From the human T2T-CHM13v2.0 reference genome, Homo sapiens: 64,000 bases of DNA. Both the position numbers and the translations under genes were made by a program. How positions within the stretch are numbered: position 1 is the first letter of the stretch; every line of letters begins with the position of its first letter. Location of the stretch: assembly GCF_009914755.1 (NCBI RefSeq), contig NC_060931.1; one strand, given 5' to 3'. Under the pieces are notes generated by a model. That model saw nothing but the letters and a program-made list of their open reading frames with translations. It was not told the origin of the DNA and ran no database searches. This document shows positions 56,631 to 64,000 of the stretch, piece after piece.

Positions 56631-57039
56631 AGAATTAGTACCACCTGACCATATCTTCTTCCCTAGGGATCAGTTGAGATATTTGTTACACACCTAGATT
56701 CCTAGGCCTCCACATTGCAGATCTGGGCCTAGGATTAGAGACTATGAAGATTGTTATTTTAACTAAGGACGCAATAGAGGTCAGGACAGAAAGCTTTGGG
56801 GCTAAATGTGTCCAAGGCAGTCACTGTTCAATGTGGCCCTCACAGCTGCTGACCCAGAAACATGGCTTATTTTTAGAAGTCTGGACAAACCCAGAGCCTG
56901 ACAGATCACTTTTCTCTATAGTACATAGAACTGAATTGAACTAAGAACCTTGAATGGATAGTAACATGGTCATCTAATTAGGACCTTTTCCCACAGGGCA
57001 CCGCCTGCTCAAGAGTAATTCAGAAGGGCATAAATATGA

Positions 57040-57663
<624 letters not shown>

Positions 57664-57679
57664 TAAAGTACAAGTAATA

Positions 57680-58020
57680 TACAACATGAATAAACCTTAA
57701 AAACATTACATGAAGTGAAAGAGGCCAGACACAGAAGGCCACATATTATATAATCCCATTTATATAAAATCTCCAGAGTAGGCAAATCCATTGAGATAGA
57801 AAGCAGATTAGTGCCTGCTAGGGGCTGAGGGAGGGAGGAATGGGGAGTGACTTTTTAATAAGCAGGAGTTTCCCTTTGGAGCAATGAAAATGTTCTGGAA
57901 CTAGATAATGGTGATGGCTGCAAAACCTTGTGGATATACTAAATGCCACTGAATTGCACATGTCAGAATGGTTAAATGATGTTATCTTATGTGCAGTTTA
58001 TCTCAATTTTTTTAATGTAA
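57680..58020 (+). mobile_element. L1MB 3' UTR
   Basis: catgaataaaccttaaaaacatta...aatgttctggaactagata...tttatctcaat. Confidence 0.82.
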
Positions 58021-58023
58021 TCA

Positions 58024-58332
<309 letters not shown>

Positions 58333-58609
58333 ATACAGATTCCAGGGCCCTGCCCCCAGGGATTGTAAGTGAAGCTCAGCAGTCTGTATATTAAAAAGCT
58401 TTCTCTGCGATTCGAAGGAAGAGCCAAATCTCAGACCAACAACCAAGTCCTTCACAAACTTGCCCACTCGTAAGAGATGCATGGGGCACCAGTTAAACAT
58501 ACACATTCCCAGGACTTTCTTCTGGGATGATGACCTGGAATCAGAATGTGTAATAAAGCATATCAGATAATTCGTGGGATCCAGCAAATTTGGGAAGCAC
58601 GGCTTCAGT

Positions 58610-59214
<605 letters not shown>

Positions 59215-59258
59215 AACAGTCTTAGAAACATCATACACAACCCAAATCTCATCTCTCA

Positions 59259-59705
<447 letters not shown>

Positions 59706-60102
59706 TCACAGGATTCTTCTCCCTTTAGCAAAAATTTGGTAAGGAAGAAGACACGCCCTCCATGTATTTGTGCTCAACTCGAAACAAACTCTGCTTTCAA
59801 ATAAATTGTGTTTCTGTGCAAAGACCTTCAGTGCCAAGTTAACCAAAAGACATTTCTCTTGTAAAGCCATGAACCTGCATTATACCTCTAATGGCTTATA
59901 AATAAATAATGGACATAAAAATAGCAATAATGAACTTGGAAAATACTAGCTAATTTACACCATAATAGAAATACCCAGGGATCTTTAACAATTGAAGGAC
60001 CGATGCCAGCTTCTGTAGTAAGTACACCCAACCATATTATTCCACATGTGAGTGTAATTTCTAAATTGCAGTGTGTAATTCAGAACGGTGTATGCTCTCT
60101 GA

Positions 60103-60553
<451 letters not shown>

Positions 60554-60788
60554 TAATCTTTATGCAGTTGTGGAGATAAACCAGTGCCCCACGCCACATG
60601 AAGTGTACAGAGGTGTGAGCACTCATGTCCCAGCAAAGCGTGCCTTAAGGCCAGCCATTGATTGACATGAGGAATGATGGGGACAGCTGCTGTGGATGAA
60701 AGGATCACACACACTAGTCACCTTTCCAAAACCCAAATCTGAACCCATGTAGTAGTTGGCAGTTGACTAGAGAGAAAAAAAAAATCTT

Positions 60789-61129
<341 letters not shown>

Positions 61130-61263
61130 CTAAAAAACAGCCCCTCCCTACCTCAGGCGCTGCATTTTTAGCTTTCCTCCCTCACCTTGTTCAGTTTCCT
61201 CACTTTGCATCTTACACACCAATGATTTTGGAATATTTTGAGTTTTCTCAGCATAGCCTGATA

Positions 61264-61908
61264 CAGTGGTTTCCAGTGGGGGTCATTTTGCTCCCCTTCC
61301 CGATTACTCCACCCTCCAGTGGACATTGAGAGACTCCGAAGACATTTTTTTCTTCTCCCTCCTCCCATCCTCCACCTTCAAGTAGTTCCCAGTGTCTGTT
61401 GTTCCCTTCGTGTCCACGTGTTCGCATCATTTAGCTTCCACTTATAAGTGAGAACGTGCGGTATTTGTGTTCCTGTGTTAGTTTGCGAAGGCTAATGGCC
61501 TCCAGCTCCATCCATGTTCCTGCAAAGGACATGATCTCATTCTTTTTATGGCTGTATAGTGTTCCGGTATACATGGACCTAACACTTTTTCTTTATCTAA
61601 TCTGCCACTGATGGGCATTTAGGTGGATTCCATGTCTTTGTTTGTTATTGCAAATAGTGCTGCAATGATGTCAAAAGTCACCCTGAAGGAAGCACTCCAT
61701 TCATACATATGCATGCATGTGTCTTTATGGTAAAATGATGTATATTCCCCTGAAGATATTTTTGATTGCTACTAGTGGAGGTGCTGCAAGCATCTAGCAG
61801 GTGTAGGGGTCAAAGATGCTGCTAAACATTCTATAGTTCACAGGACAGTCTCCCATAAAAAAGAAGAATCCAGCCCCAAATGTCAATAAGGCCACTTTTG
61901 AGAAACTC
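61264..61908 (+). mobile_element. MER20 split by an L1 insertion
   Basis: cagtggtttcc...gatgctgctaaacattcta...ccccaaatgtcaata...ttgagaaactct. Confidence 0.82.
61350..61747 (-). mobile_element. L1PA fragment, truncated at both ends
   Basis: Colinear with the L1 at 19480-19845; TSD cYcYgaagaYattttt. Confidence 0.88.
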
Positions 61909-61911
61909 TTC

Positions 61912-62609
61912 CTTGGTAAATTGCATTAATGGCCCCAAATTTTTACCCATCCCTATTCCATACCATGAGTCATTTAATTTTGCAGTGTTATTTTATCATG
62001 GGAAGGGCTTCTTCCCCACTCTTGACTCCAGGCTTAGCTATGTGACTTACTTTGGCCAAGAGAATGTGGCAAAATGACAGTACTTTTTGTTTGTTTGTTT
62101 TTGAGACAGCATCTTGCTCTGTTGCCCAGGCTGGAGTGTGGTGGCACGATCTCAGCTCACTGCAACTCCACCTCCTGGGTTCAAGTGGTTCTCATGCCTC
62201 AGCCTCCCGAGTAGCTGGGATTACAGGCACACACCACCACACCTGGCTAATTTTTAGTATTTTTAGTAGAGATGGGGTTTCACCATGTTGCCCAGGCTGG
62301 CCTCGAACTCCTGAGCTCAGGCAATCCACCCGCCTCAGCCTCCCAAAGTGCTAGAATTACGGGCGTGAGCCACCCTGCAGCGGGCCAACAGTGCATGTTT
62401 CTACCTGGCTTTTACCTCCGCCAATGCCACAACAGACTTGTTAGTGATCTGGTAGCAGGAAAAGGATGAGAGACATATGGAACAAAGCCAGGCCCCAGCT
62501 AAGCCCAGACTAAATCCACCAACCCACAGGCAAACTCATGAGAAATAATTATCATTTTAAGCCCTTGAGTTTTGGGAGGATTTGTTATCAGTAATAGCTA
62601 ACTATTACA
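61912..62609 (+). mobile_element. MLT1 (F-H-like) LTR split by an Alu
   Basis: gcattaatggccccaaatt...tgtgacttactttggccaa...taatagctaactattaca. Confidence 0.75.
62084..62385 (-). mobile_element. Alu
   Basis: Full dimer. Confidence 0.94.
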
Positions 62610-63533
62610 GACACAATGCTGCTTCATGCTTTTGGACGTGCTGTTTCCTCTGCTTAAACATGTCCCCTACTCTCACCCCCACATGACTTGGAAAATTGTT
62701 CTTAATCTCTCAAAGCCCAACTCAGAGATCATCCTTCCTGGAAAACTTCTTGGATTCCCTGCAAAAAAGTAATCCATTCCTCTTTTCCTACAGACTTTAA
62801 CTGTTGAACTGCCATATTTGTATTAACTTGTCTTTATCTCTTACTAGATAGGGAACTTACGAGAGCACAGACTTTGTCTCAAATCTCACCCCAGGGCAGC
62901 ACAATCAGAGTGGACACTCAGGAAATATTTGCAGAATACAAAGGGCTGGGCTGGAAGTTGGGGGAAGGTGATTATCAGAGACATTCGTCAGCTTTGGCTC
63001 TAGCCCTGGAATGGTGCCTGGAACGTGGCCCAATCCCCATGACAAAAGAAGAGACTATGGGCTCCAGCCTGTAGTCTGGATTTCCCTGCCAATCAAAGTG
63101 GTCATGGAGAGGAACAGCCTCTGCCATTACTGTTTAGCACAATGAAACTGTTTAGAGGAGAGCCTTACCTTCAGGAAATTCCAACGAGCCTGTTTTATTG
63201 TTACCCTCCAACAGTAATGACTCCCGTAGGATTAAACAGAGTGTAAAGTAATTGCTAAAACATCCCCTGCCGTGGACAGAGAAACCTGCACAAGACGTAA
63301 TGCTCCCACTTCACTTGGGAGGGAGGGGGCTTGCTCATGGAAACAAAATGTGTCATTAGAGCTTTACAGAGTAGGAAGAGGCAGCAGTGGGAGGAAAAAT
63401 GCAATGCAATACAGAAGAAAGAGTCCAGACTTTGGAAATGGATCCGCTCCAGTTGAAATCCCAACCACACCCCAGGTCGCTTCATGCCTCTGAATCCTGG
63501 TTTGCTCATCTGTAATACCGAAATATAAAACAT

Positions 63534-64000
<467 letters not shown>

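Overview
Primate (very likely human) non-coding genomic DNA, intergenic or deep intronic. No credible protein-coding exon, tRNA, rRNA or CRISPR array is visible, and all long ORFs in the track translate Alu, L1 or MaLR sequence. Roughly a third of the window is Alu (about 80 full or partial copies, many nested). These are layered on L1 (L1PA/PB, L1M), L2, L3/CR1, MIR, MaLR/ERVL LTRs, one ERVK-type solo LTR and DNA transposons (MER5A, MER20, MER44). The only gene-derived feature is a diverged U6 snRNA retrocopy (6158-6260, minus), which appears to be an ancient U6-L1 chimera. Other notable items are a ~36-bp templated insertion copied from ~2 kb away, a 3'-truncated L1 with a target-site duplication (TSD), repeated reuse of single target sites, a FLAM-FLAM dimer, and several repeat-free islands that may be enhancers. 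I found no evidence of a new multi-gene system. Repeat boundaries and subfamily names were assigned by eye from remembered consensus sequences and need RepeatMasker/Dfam confirmation.
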